Source: Emiliania huxleyi CCMP1516 | Taxonomy: Eukaryota | Direction: 5' to 3' | Length of the DNA stretch: 64,000 bases | NCBI RefSeq assembly: GCF_000372725.1 | Contig: NW_005202428.1 | Span: forward strand, 1,287,331-1,351,330 | Part shown: positions 25,570 to 36,545 of the stretch, in pieces | Layout of the letters: every line of letters starts with the position of its first letter | Position numbering within the stretch: position 1 is the stretch's first letter | Notes under the pieces: model-generated | Told to the model about the DNA's origin: nothing | The model's input: the letters and a program-made list of their open reading frames with translations, nothing else | Databases searched by the model: none | Position numbers and translations under genes: made by a program

Positions 25570-25990
25570 CGGCAGCCCGAGCGCCGTCGACCGCACCGAC
25601 TACGGCACAGCCTCCGGCAGCGCCCGGGGCTTCGCCCAGCACCACTCGCAACAGCTCTCGCGCGCCGCCGTCTGTGGCGACGCGCAAAACATCAACAACG
25701 CTGCTCGCAACATGCGTGTCGCGCACTCATTCATGACCGGTCTCAATGTCCCACCCCCCTGCGCGCGGGCCTTCTAGGCCCGCGGGTAGTCTCACCCCAT
25801 CCCCAGGGCCTCCAGGGCTCGCACCTCAACCTCTCACAGACCAGCGCATAGCGCCATACTACGTATTTTCTTGTCAATAACAAGGCTGTGAATTCCCAGG
25901 GCCTCCAGGGCTCGCACCTCAACCTCTCACAGACCAGCGCACAGCGCCATAGGAGGTATTTTCTTCTCAATAACAAGGCTGTGAACGGTC
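25570..25990 (+). mobile_element. 3' fragment of a CRE-like non-LTR retroelement with ~92-bp tandemly repeated tail
   Basis: Peptide VDRTDYG...FAQHHSQQLSRAAVCGDAQNI resembles VDRTAYS...FMSHHAERISLSVVRG of the 49.3-kb element; tail GACCAGCGCA...TATTTTCTT...ATAACAAGGCTGTGAA occurs twice here and once near 24800-24856. Confidence 0.45.
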
Positions 25991-27103
25991 ATCGCATTCG
26001 CCTTCCTGGGACCCAGCGCTGACTTCTGACTGTCGTTGCTGTCTCTCCCCCTTCTCGACTGTCTGTGCTTGTGCGTCTTGGGTCCGGAGTTGTGCGTTTA
26101 TGTGAACGGTAGCGGTACCCCATGTATCGTAGTCTTCGTTACTACCATTTTTTTTGAGTTTTGGCACTGATAAATTCGCGGCGTTCGCAGCGAGCCGAGC
26201 CAGGCCACGGCGCTCGGCCTGCTGAGAGAATACCTTCCCCGACGGCAGTGACAATTTACCCGACATCAATCGTCGACGGCAAGCTCGAGAACTGCGCCTC
26301 CAAAGTCGCCCAGATTCGCCTCTCGCGGCGCGCTGAGTTAGTATCGCCGGTGCGCCAGCTGGCTCTGCTCCACAGCAGGGCATGCCTGACTGGCTCCTGC
26401 TAGCCGTGCGTCCTGGTGGCATCCATTGCCAGCTCAGGTAGCCTCAGGAGGTCGCCTCGCGCACGACTCGGCGCCGCACAGCACCGCTCCGCGTTACTAC
26501 CGAGTTAGTATCGTCGACCCACAGAGACTGCTCTTCTGTAGGTGGAGCCGACAAACGCCGGCCGGGTCGGCCCCGCCGCCCCCATCGCCGCCGCCGGGGC
26601 GGCGGCGGCCTCGGCGGACCATCCGGCGCGCCGCGCGCCCGACGGGGAGGTGTTCACCACTCCTGGCTCCTCACCCCGCCACGCCTTCGTGCAGACGCCG
26701 TGGCACCCGCCTCAGGCGCCGCTCGGACTCGGTTGACGGCCGCCCAAGTGCTTGGCTCGTGCCCAGCCGACCGGCAGGCGATGCCCACTCGCTGCTAGGC
26801 TAATCCCGGGCTGTCAAGCGGCGGTGTGGTGCCGTGAAGGGCAGCGGTGCCAAAACTACGACTATTAGTACCGTGCGGGGGCAGTGCATTTAATTCTGTC
26901 AAAAATCGAAATGTGCTCCGTGGGACGTATTGGGCTAGGATCATACGTCCGGGAGGCCCCCCATGCGTGCCGCAACGACCCACAGTTCTGGTACCACTCT
27001 CTTCACGTTCACAGCTGTAAGTGTCCCATAACTCCGATACATGGCGTAGCTTGAATCGCTCTACCGGGCCGACCGCTGCTCAGCCTCTGCTCAGCCTGTC
27101 GAC

Positions 27104-28516
27104 ATGTCACAGCAGCGTGACACGGCGTTCGCCGCGTCGCTTGTTGTTGCCTCGCTCGCGCTCGCCGTGCTCCTCGCGCGGCGGCGGCGGCGGCTGCCCG
27201 CTCGCTTCGATCTCCAGCGGCTGGTGCGTCCGTGCGTCCTCCGGCTCGCGCCCTACACCTTCCCGCCTCGCTTTGGCCTCGCCGAGGCGCCTGTGCTGCT
27301 CGACGCCAACGAGAACCCGCACGGGTCAACCGTCGAGGCGCTGGACGCGGCGCTGCACCGCTACCCCGACCCGCGACAGGCGAGGCTCAAGGCGGCCATC
27401 GCAGGCCTTCGAGGATGTGCGCCGTCGCAGGTTGTGGTGGGCTGCGGCTCAGACGAGATCATTGACCTCCTGATCCGGGTGACGTGCGAGCCCGGCCGCG
27501 ACTCGATCCTGGTCTGCTCGCCGACATACGCAATGTACCAGATCTTTGCGAGCGTCAACGACGTCTCCACGGTCGACGTCCCGCTCTCCGCCGACGACTA
27601 CCAGCTGCGAGTTGGCGCGATTCTGCAGTCGCTCACGCCGCGGGTGAAGCTCGTCTTCCTGTGCTCGCCGGGCAACCCGACAGGGCGGCTTCTCCGGCGC
27701 GCCGACATCGAGGCCATCGCGGCGGCCGCCACAGGCTCGCTCCGCTGCCGCCAGCCTTTGCTGCCGCCGCCCTCCGCCACCGCCTCATCCTCTCTCCGCC
27801 GCCGCGCTCTGTCCATCGCAGCCGTGCCAGAGCCCGCCCTCCTCCTCCCCGCGGCGGCAGGGTCGCTCGTCGTCGTCGACGAGGCCTACGTCGACTTTGC
27901 GCCCGACGAGGCCGCCGCGTCGTGCGTCCCGCTCGTCGGCCGCACGCCGAACCTCGTCGTCTCGCAAACCTTCTCCAAGGCGTGGGGGCTGGCGGGCGCG
28001 CGGGTGGGCGTCGCCGTTGCGCCCGAGCCGCTCGTCTCCGCCCTCGACCGCGTCAAGGCGACTACGCTCCTCGCCCGGCCGCACGGCCGCCGAGCGGACA
28101 CGTCCATAACGCACGTGACATGACCATGACCTGTCCCGCGACGCCCACAGGCGCCGTTCAACCTGTCCACGCTGGCAGAGCAGGCGGCTCTGCGCGCCAT
28201 CCGGGCGGCCCCCGCCGTGCGGGCGCAGCGGGACCGCGTCCTCGCCGAGAGAGATCGCGTCGCCGCAGCGCTCTCCGCCCCAGAGTTCGCCAGCGCCGTG
28301 CGGCGGGTCTCGCCCTCGGACGCCAACTTTCTGCTCGTGCGCGTCGCCAACTGCCGCGCGGTGTGCGACGCGCTCGCCGAGCGGCACGGCGTGGTGGTGC
28401 GGTACCGCGGCGGCATGCTGCATTGCGACGGCTGCATGCGCGTGACCATCGGCACCGAGGAGGAGAACGAGAGGATGCTGGCGGCGCTGCGGCGTGCGGT
28501 CGCCGAGCCAGCGTGA
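27104..28516 (+). CDS. hisC: Histidinol-phosphate aminotransferase (PLP-dependent class II)
   Basis: LDANENP, RYPDP, GCGSDEIID, PTYAMY, CSPGNPTG, VDEAYVDF, QTFSKAWGLAGARVG, SDANFLL, RVTIGTEEEN; two GC-AG introns (~27735-27860, ~28058-28150). Confidence 0.92.
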
Positions 28517-28824
28517 TCGAGAGGAGTACGCGATGCTGCTGTTAAAGCCGTACGGGACAGCGCAATACGGTCGCACGCCGAGTTCTTATGTAACTTTCAT
28601 AAATACCGTTGCACTTTGGAGCACACTTGGAGTGCAGTCATTAACCTCACATCCAGGGCCAGGGAGCTGAGAAGCGCACCCAGCGAGCCGGATGATCGGT
28701 ATCGGGCTACGGGCTAGAGTTGCTACTTACGTCTTGCCGCGAAAAAAATATCCGCGCGATCTTTGGACTTCTTGCATCTTGGTCGTAACGTCGGCCGCGT
28801 TCATGTACCGTATGCAGGCAGGGA

Positions 28825-30318
28825 ATGGCGTCGGACCCGGAGCTAAATGAGACACGGCGCTCGTTCTTCAGCCGTCAAGGCCTCGCCTCGCTCATGTGGC
28901 AGCCGCCCGGAGCTGACGAGACGACGACTCGGCTGCCACACGCAGACGACTCACAGGCAGACACTCTCGTGCGCGACGCATACATTAAGAGGCTGGGGCT
29001 GAAAATGGCGGATGGTGGGCATGCCTCCTGGGGAACGGTGCGTGTCTTGGGGAAGAACGTGGACGCTGAGATCGTCAGCAGCGAGGCCAGCTTCGCCTGC
29101 CTCGCGGCTGACACGGAGCTCAACCTTGTCGCGGAGCTCCTCAAAGCCAACTGGAGGCTGCGGCCTCCGTCGGTGCTGCTGTCAGTCACAGGGTCTGCCC
29201 AGGACATGGCTCTCGAGCCGCACCTCGAGCTTCTCTTCAAGCGAGGGCTCGCCGAGTCTGCGCGCTCGACCAACGCATGGGTCATAACGGGCGGTACCGA
29301 CAGCGGGGTGATGGCTCTGGCGGGCGCAGCGATCGCCGAAAACTCCTCTGCCCGAGGAGAGTTGACGCCTTGCATCGGGATCGCGCCATTTCGGTGCGTA
29401 ACGGGCAAGGACAAGCTCCACGGACCGGGCGCCGGAGAGCGCACCGTCAGCTATCGAAAGGTGAGAGCAAACTCGACAGTGTCGGCCGCCCTCGTCAAGG
29501 CGAAGTCGACGGAGCACTTCTTGATGAACCGCGTGCTCAAGCTGAAGGGTTACCTCGTGCAGTACGTCGTGCCCATTCCCTTCAACATGCCGTACATGCT
29601 CTGGGACCTCATGTGGCAAGGCGTCGCCTCGCTCGGCGCGTACTGTCGCAGGGCGGGGCGGCGGCCAAACGCGGGAGTCCTCGGCATCAAGCAGACCCGC
29701 GTCGGCATCGAGCCTGTGCAGGATCTCGAGAAGCCGCTCGCCAGCCCGCCCAAGAAGGTCTGTTTCGACCTGGCCGATGACAACGAGGCGGCCAATGGGA
29801 ACGGCGCGCCGAGGCCACTTCAGAGGCAGGGGACACTCGGGCGTTTGGAGGCGAGCCGAAAGCTGCTGCGGCAAAACACGCGGCGGCAGCTGGCGACCGT
29901 GCGAGCCGTCAAGAATGTGCGGAAGGAGGCGTCCACCTCTGTCGCTCGCTCGGTCGACTTGACGGAGGCGCATGCGCGCGATCGGTACCTCAAGCAAATA
30001 GAGGAGGAGGGGGCAACGGCCGCAGACTTCAGCCAGCTGGAGGTGCGGCTCAGGCGACTCGAAGGCGCCCTCACCGCCCAGCTTCGCGAGCTGGCCTCGC
30101 AGCTAGAGGCGCGGCCCGCCTTGCCGCCGCGCGCATCTGGCGCTTGCGCGGCGCAGACGCCCTCGCCGCGCGAGATGCAGTCTGCCGTGTCAGGGGACGA
30201 GACGGCGCCGTCGAGGAGTGCCGTGGTCGCTGGCTCGCCCCTGATGCGCTTCCGCCGCGGCAGGGAGCCTTCACATCGCTCGCCGCCGCCGCCGCCACCG
30301 CCGAGGCCCTTCCTCTAG
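28825..30318 (+). CDS. TRPM-like protein with partial SLOG (MHR1/2) domain, lacking the transmembrane channel
   Basis: WRLRPPSVLLSVTGSA...FKRGLAESARSTNAWVITGGTDSGVMALAG...CIGIAPF is the TRPM N-terminal SLOG signature; no six-TM block follows. Confidence 0.7.
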   Translation: MASDPELNETRRSFFSRQGLASLMWQPPGADETTTRLPHADDSQADTLVRDAYIKRLGLKMADGGHASWGTVRVLGKNVDAEIVSSEASFACLAADTELNLVAELLKANWRLRPPSVLLSVTGSAQDMALEPHLELLFKRGLAESARSTNAWVITGGTDSGVMALAGAAIAENSSARGELTPCIGIAPFRCVTGKDKLHGPGAGERTVSYRKVRANSTVSAALVKAKSTEHFLMNRVLKLKGYLVQYVVPIPFNMPYMLWDLMWQGVASLGAYCRRAGRRPNAGVLGIKQTRVGIEPVQDLEKPLASPPKKVCFDLADDNEAANGNGAPRPLQRQGTLGRLEASRKLLRQNTRRQLATVRAVKNVRKEASTSVARSVDLTEAHARDRYLKQIEEEGATAADFSQLEVRLRRLEGALTAQLRELASQLEARPALPPRASGACAAQTPSPREMQSAVSGDETAPSRSAVVAGSPLMRFRRGREPSHRSPPPPPPPRPFL

Positions 30319-30437
30319 AGCTCGGAGGTGTGAGAGCGGAAAGTACGGCAAGAGCCAAGAGAGTGAGGTATCACATGTACTGCGTATACGTTTGGGTCAT
30401 ATGTGTCAAACACACAAAGAATGCACGACTTGTGGTT

Positions 30438-31222
30438 TCAAAAAATGGCGGCGGTGGCGTCCGAGCCGCCCCGGCTGACGAAGAGTAGCACCGCCTCGTC
30501 CTCGTCGACCTCCCCCAGGGGGCCCCGCAGTGGCCGCTGCTCCGAGTGCAGCCCGCGCGCGGCGCACTCGCAGTGGAAGGCGTCCGTCGTCTCCCAGTCC
30601 TCGCGCCACTCATACGCCAACAGCACCGCGCCGCCCGCGGCCAGCAGCCCGTCCATCGTCGCCACGAGCTTCACCACGTCCTCTTTGCTCTGAAAGTAGA
30701 GAATGTCGGCGCCGAGCACCACCTCGTACGCGCCGCGGCTGAGCGCCTGCTCGATGTGCGCCTGCTCTCCCCAGAGCAGCTCCTGTGCGATCAGGCGACA
30801 CCCCTCGTGCGAGGCACTGGCGGCAGCGGCGTTGGCGCGCAGAAGCGACATCGCGGCCGGCACGTCAGTCAGCACGACCTCGGACGCGCCGAGCGCCGCT
30901 GCAGCGATGCCAGTGAGGCCGATTCCTGCGCCTAGCTCAATGCAGCGCTTGCCCTGGATGAGCTCGGGCGCCTCGCAGAGGTGGCTGGCCAGGTGTCTGC
31001 CACAAGCCCACAGGACCTGCACACGCAAGCAAGCGGCCGGATAGGAGGGGTGGTTGTCGAGAGATCACTAGCACGCGCGGTGGTGGTGCACACCGAAGAG
31101 GTGTCGGGCCGGAAGCCCGCCGAGCCAGCAGCGTGCTGCGCCACCTCGAGCGAGCCCCCATTGCGCAGGTTCGGGTGCGTCAGCCGCACCACCGGCGTCT
31201 TCTGGTCGACGTTGTGGATCAT
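30438..31222 (-). CDS. METTL21-family (Methyltransf_16) protein-lysine methyltransferase
   Basis: VLWACGRHLA, KRCIELGAGIGLTG, VVLTDVP, LLWGE, VLGADILY; one intron near 31018-31078; start tentative. Confidence 0.85.
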
Positions 31223-31440
31223 GGCGTCGGCGAGGAGCAGCACGAGAGATGCGTTGGTTGTGCGGCAGCACTCGGGGACGGGACGCAGCACCAGTTATGG
31301 AGAAACTAGTGTGGGCCCTGCGGCGGTACCCGTCTCTGTTGTTCGGGCAGTGAGAGACGCAGGATCTGCACGCCAAAGTGGGCCACTCATTTGCATTTTG
31401 GTTTTGGGTTGTCGGAGATCATCCATCAGCACTCATGTCT

Positions 31441-31592
31441 CATCAGTCAGTCACGTCAGTCAAAGCAGTTCGTGGCACTCATCAGTCAGTCACGTCAGTC
31501 AAAGCAGTTCGTGGCACTCATCAGTCAGTCACGTCAGTCAAAGCAGTTCGTGGCACTCATCAGTCAGTCACGTCAGTCAAAGCAGTCGTGGC
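31441..31592. repeat. 39-bp tandem repeat x~4 (CATCAGTCAGTCACGTCAGTCAAAGCAGTTCGTGGCACT)
   Basis: Visible tandem array. Confidence 0.9.
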
Positions 31593-31951
31593 ACGTGGAG
31601 CAGTCGCTGCATGCAACGGCGCCGCCACACGCTCCGGACGACCCCGACAACCGACACACCACGCACAATGGAGGCTATCGCGCACGATCGGGCATCGCGC
31701 CGCAAACAACTCGCCGCACAGATGGGGGGGGGGGCAGAATCCCACACACACCGGAGCAGCACAGACACCTTACTTACACGTCAGCGCTCGCTCGATGTGG
31801 CCGGCGCTCTCCCCTCGGTCCTATCTCGCCTTTTCAACGGCGGCGTGCGGCCACGCGCCGCGCCGAGCCGGTCTCGGCGGGAGACCTCGGAGCCGCACGC
31901 GATGCGGGCATGCGCGATGGCTCCGTTGGCTCCGTGCCTAAGGCAGATCGA

Positions 31952-32660
31952 TTAGGGTGTGAGCTGCGGCAGCCACCGTTTCTGTACCCGCTCGATCACG
32001 TGCAGGCCGTCGGAGGCCGCGCTGGATGGCCCAGGGCCGGCGGCGGTGAAGGCGTCCGTCGATGAAGGGATGTCGTCGAGGGAGCCATCGTCCTACGCAT
32101 ACGGTGCACCGGTCCAGTTGTCGGAGTTCGAGATCGCAGTCGACTTGGAGAGTGTGTTCGGCCCGTTGACGAACTCACGGAATGTGAGCGACTTGGTGCA
32201 CGCTGGGTCGAGCATCATGACTCGCACCTCATCCTGGGCGAGGAACTCGCCCAGGGACCAGCTGTTGGCGTCGCCGTTTTGATCGAGCTGCATCCACTGC
32301 ATGGTTTCGTAGTCAAGCGTAAACGCCCAGGAGTTGGTGCCTGGGTGACTTGCTGATGAGAGCGCCTTCCAGGCGGGTAGTCGTGCCCCTCACCTACGGT
32401 CATACGGCGGCGTCAGAGGGGGGGAAGGGGCGCGAAGCGTGAACATGGAGGCAAGCAGGTTGGTTTCTGCACCTGGCCAAAGCCGGCGACCTCGAAGTTG
32501 TCGTAGCTTGTGCGGATATCGCTGAGCGTGAGAGGGACCGGATCGGCAGCAGCATGGGCGGCCGCGTCAGCGGCCGGAGAGGCCGGAGAGCCATCCGACG
32601 GAGGCCGGTCGTGCATCGGCGCGTCAGCCGCAGGGGCCGGGGGGGGCGGCGGCATCCATC
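31952..32660 (-). pseudogene. Degraded hypothetical gene fragment
   Basis: Coding-like frames (DIRTSYDNFEVAGFGQ; WSLGEFLAQDEVRVMMLDP) broken by an in-frame TAG at ~32093. Confidence 0.3.
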
Positions 32661-33094
32661 GCTGCGGGTCGCTGCGGGCCGACGATTGTGGACGGAGGCC
32701 GACTGCAGCTGGGACGTTCTACGGTTAAACCAAGAGCGTCGGCGCCGACACGAGAGACTTATAAGGGTAGAAGAAAACCGACTAGCTTTCTGCAGTCCAG
32801 CTATGATCGAACTGCCCGCCGGACATGTCGGAACCGTCCGACTATAGTGACTAGCACACCTCTGTCAAGAGTCCCCAGAAACCCGAGAGAAGATAAACCC
32901 CACACCGGGGTGTCCGCTTTTCTCTGCGCATGCTCGAGCTCCCGGCGAGGGCTTGTGCTGTGAATAGCAGGCGTGCAGTTCTCGCCAGCTGTACCCAGCT
33001 GCTTCCCTTCCCTAGTCACCGTGGCCCAACGGGGTCCAGCCTGCACCCCGCAGGCTGTCGAGCGCTGGTCCCGGTACCACACTGCGGTTGTCCA

Positions 33095-34843
33095 ATGCCA
33101 GCGCGAATCGTCCTGTGCATCGCCGCAGTCGCCGCCGCCGCCGCCAGCCTCGACGTCGGCGGCGCTGCAGCTCCCGCGCAGGCTCGGCTGAGGGAAGGCC
33201 TCGAGGCGGCCCGCGCCGGAGACGCCACTGGCGCCTCACGCCTGCTCGAGGAGGCCTCCCGGCTCGACCCTGCATCCTCGCTGCCCGTGCTCAAGCTGGC
33301 CAACGTGCAGTATCACCTGGACGGCGACGCCGCCGCCGCGGAGGCGACGTACGAGCGTGCGCTGCGCATCGAGCCGTCCCACGACGCGCACTTCTTCCTC
33401 GGCAGGTTGCGTGCTGCTGCGGGCCGGCACGCAGAGGCGGCCGCCTCCTTTGAGGCGGCGCTGCAGTGCGACGCCTCGTCGGCGGCGTGCCGTGCCGAGC
33501 TGCTCGCCTCGTACCTCGCTGCAGGCGAGCCGCAGGAGGAGGCGGAGCTCGGGCTGCTGGCGGCGTGCTGCCGCGCGGACGCGGCGGACGTGGCGAGCCA
33601 CCGCAAGCTCGCCTCGGCGCTGCAGGAGCGCGGGAGGCTGGCCGAGGCGGCCGAGGCGCTCGAGCGGCTCATCGCAGTCGCGCCCGCCGACGCGGCCGCC
33701 CGCTTCAACCTCGGCTTGGCGATGCAAAAGCTCGGCGACGACGGCGCGGCCGCCGCGCACTTCCTCGGCGCGGCGGGCGCGGCGGCGGCCGGCGGCGGGG
33801 CCCCGGCGCCCACGTTCGAGTCGCATTTCGCCGCCGCCGGCTGCCTTGGCCGGCTGGGTCGCACCGCAGAGGCCGAGGCGGCGTACCGCGCTGCGATCGG
33901 CGCGGCGAGGGACGATAAGCAAGGCCACGATGCGTACTTCAACCTCGGAAACCTGCTGCGCCGCGCCGACGCGTATGGCGGTGGTGCCGGAGCGAGGTCG
34001 CGAGCCGCCGAGGCGGCGGCGGCGTTCGAGGCCGCGGTCCGTCTCGTGCCGACCTCCGCCGACGCCTACTACCAGCTTCGCCGCCTGCGGGGCGTGCCGC
34101 ACACAGTGACGTGCCCCGCCGACCAGCCGCTCGTCGAGGTGCGGCCACGCGGGCTGGCGGACAGCGCCTTCAGCGGGCTCGCCGCCGCCGTGCAGTCGCA
34201 CCCTTGGCTGATGCGGCCGAATCGGCTCTCCGAGTCGTTTGCGGGCACGCGCGGCTTTGTGGTCCGCTTCAACCGGCGTGGCCTCGACGCGCGGGTCCGG
34301 AGCCATCCCCAGCTCCAGGGCCTGCTTCCCTTTGTCGACGCTGCGGCGCTGCCCGCCGCAAACGTGTTTGTGCTCAACGTCCTCGTGGTACGCCCCGCCG
34401 CCGCCGCCTCAACCGATGCGCCGCCGCCCGCGCCGCCCCAAGAAGGGGGCGGTGCGTGGTGGGAGGACGCGCAGTTGGCCGTCAAGCGCCACCTCGATAT
34501 CACGGGCGCCATCTGCTCGGCGTCGCACTCGTACGTCGCGCACCAGGTGGACGTGCTCTACGTTGCGGTGCCGGCCGGCATGCGCGGAGGGCGGCTGCTG
34601 GTGTGGCCACCAGAGCCGCCCGGCCGGCCAGCATCGGTCCCTCCGCCCGCCGAGATCGTAGCGCCCGCCGCAAACATTTGGGTTTCTTTCCGGGGCGACG
34701 CCAAGCACGGCGTGGAGCGGTGTGATTTGCCCTCCACCGGCAGCGACGCCGTGCGCGTCTCGCTCGTGCTCGAGCAGTATGTGTGTCCCGAGGCGGTGCT
34801 GCCGCTCTCGCAGACATTTGAAATCGTCGGCGTTCGGCCTTGA
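33095..34843 (+). CDS. Signal peptide + TPR repeats + C-terminal 2OG-Fe(II) oxygenase domain
   Basis: MPARIVLCIAAVAAAAA; TPR-like units (AHFFLGRL, ARFNLGLA, AYFNLGNL); HLD...VLYVAVPAGMRGGRL...FRGDAKHGV...RVSLVLEQY gives HxD...H...RxS. Confidence 0.8.
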   Translation: MPARIVLCIAAVAAAAASLDVGGAAAPAQARLREGLEAARAGDATGASRLLEEASRLDPASSLPVLKLANVQYHLDGDAAAAEATYERALRIEPSHDAHFFLGRLRAAAGRHAEAAASFEAALQCDASSAACRAELLASYLAAGEPQEEAELGLLAACCRADAADVASHRKLASALQERGRLAEAAEALERLIAVAPADAAARFNLGLAMQKLGDDGAAAAHFLGAAGAAAAGGGAPAPTFESHFAAAGCLGRLGRTAEAEAAYRAAIGAARDDKQGHDAYFNLGNLLRRADAYGGGAGARSRAAEAAAAFEAAVRLVPTSADAYYQLRRLRGVPHTVTCPADQPLVEVRPRGLADSAFSGLAAAVQSHPWLMRPNRLSESFAGTRGFVVRFNRRGLDARVRSHPQLQGLLPFVDAAALPAANVFVLNVLVVRPAAAASTDAPPPAPPQEGGGAWWEDAQLAVKRHLDITGAICSASHSYVAHQVDVLYVAVPAGMRGGRLLVWPPEPPGRPASVPPPAEIVAPAANIWVSFRGDAKHGVERCDLPSTGSDAVRVSLVLEQYVCPEAVLPLSQTFEIVGVRP

Positions 34844-34988
34844 AACACGACGTAGGTTGCAGAGATGTGCAGCGGTTTTGTGATTGTGTTTTGTGTGAGT
34901 TACAATCCGAGCTTGGAATAGACGCGCGGCTGAAAAAATAATAAAATATAAATATACACGTTTATGTCTTATGAATTAAATGTGCAGG

Positions 34989-36545
34989 CTATGGTATGAA
35001 CGCGGGGCCACCGTCTAGATCTCGTCCTAAGTCGCCACAGTCAGGGCATAAATCCCCTAGCGCGCAGCAAGCGCTCTGCCGCTCGACTCTATGCCGTGCA
35101 AGCGCCTCTCTCATCTCCTCCTGCACCTCCGCGTACTGCGGATAGCTGCGATATTCGGAGGAGTTCTCCTCTTTCGGCCGGAACGGGTAGTGTGCGCGGT
35201 TGTAATTCTCGTCCCAGTCGATCGTGTGGTCATAAAACATGTTGTCGTTGTCGGCCCGTCGTATGCTGTCGATGGTCGTTGTGATCTCGTTGATGGTGCC
35301 GTTGGACGTTGAGGAGCAGGCAGGCCCGCAGCGCTCGATCGACCTGAACGTAGTGGCGGACAACCGTTGAGGGGCTGGGTGGGTGGGCGGAGGGTCGGGG
35401 ATGGGAGGTGGGGGCACCAGCAAGCTTCCGCACAGTACTCGCTGTACTGGTAGTCCTCAACCACGCGAGTGCTCGTGTTCATTGGCTGAACTCGAATGGT
35501 GTCGCCGTCGAGATAGCGCGCGAAAATAGCGTCCTGTGTTTGAGGGGGCAGAGGAGCGTCTCAGGCGGTGCTCTCAGAGGGGGGGGGGGGGGGGGCATGG
35601 TCGGGGCTCCCGGGCGCCTTGAAGTGTGAGGTGGGGTCCTTCATGAGCGAGACCAAGCTCTTGCCCTGGAGGTGGCGTGGGAAGGGGATCTCGTTTAGCT
35701 CGAGCACGGTCGGGAAGATGTCGATGTTTTCCACCAGGGCTGGCACCCTCGACGGTGCGTATCCCGGCGCTTTGATGATGAGCGGTACATGCAGCGTCTC
35801 CTCGTAGACCGAGTGTTTGCACCACGTCCCCTTCTCACCCAAATGGTAGCCGTGGTCGCTGGCGAGCGTGATGATTGTGTCCTCGTACATGTTTAGATAC
35901 TTGAGCTCGTCGATGAGGCGGCCGATCAAGGCATCGACGTACGACACGCTGGCGTAGTAGCCGTGCCTCAGCGTGCGCGCCATCGAGTCGTTCAGGGGGT
36001 TGAGGTAGCCGTAAGGCGGGATGTTGTTGTAGTTCTTGAGCTCAAAGTAGTGGAGCGAACGCTTTGGCGCGTCGACCGCGAGGTATGGGTTATCTGCCAA
36101 CTCGATCGATTCAAGGTCGTACATCTCCCAGTACTTCAGTGGCGCGTTGAAGGGGAGGTGAGGCCGATTGTACCTGCAACGATGTCGGGGCAAAGTTGAG
36201 GGAGGGGTCAGTGAGGGGCGATCAGACGTGGCGGCGGAATCTAGCGGGCGGGAGGAGTGGGGGGGGAGGGGGGTGGGCGCACCCTGCGGTGAGGAAACAG
36301 GGTGTCCCAGCGGCCTTGCACTTGTGCATGTCGTTGATCACTTTGGCTGTCATTTTGCCGTCCGGGTAGAGCCCGCCTGATGGATTGACCATGCCGTCGT
36401 CGATCTCCTCAGTCCAAATCCACGCCGGCACCCCGGTCCCCCAGCCCGCGCGCGGATCAGCCGCCCGAACGCCCCAAGGTCGAGGCGGGCGCTCCTCCGG
36501 GTTGAGTTCAAAGTAGTAATCTGTCTCTTGCTGCTCGGCGCCGTG
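34989..36545 (-). pseudogene. Iduronate-2-sulfatase-like (S1) sulfatase, 5'-truncated
   Basis: YPDGKMT, G|YNRPHLPF, GYYASVSYVDALIG, SDHGYHLGEKGTWCKH, HVPLII, LVENIDIFPT, LQGKSL; N-terminal DD and CxPxR region not found; AT-richer non-coding DNA upstream of ~36550. Confidence 0.75.

Noticed and set aside
31068..32065. ORFs spanning the 39-bp repeat
   Set aside because: The repeat is open in multiple frames with no recognisable protein.
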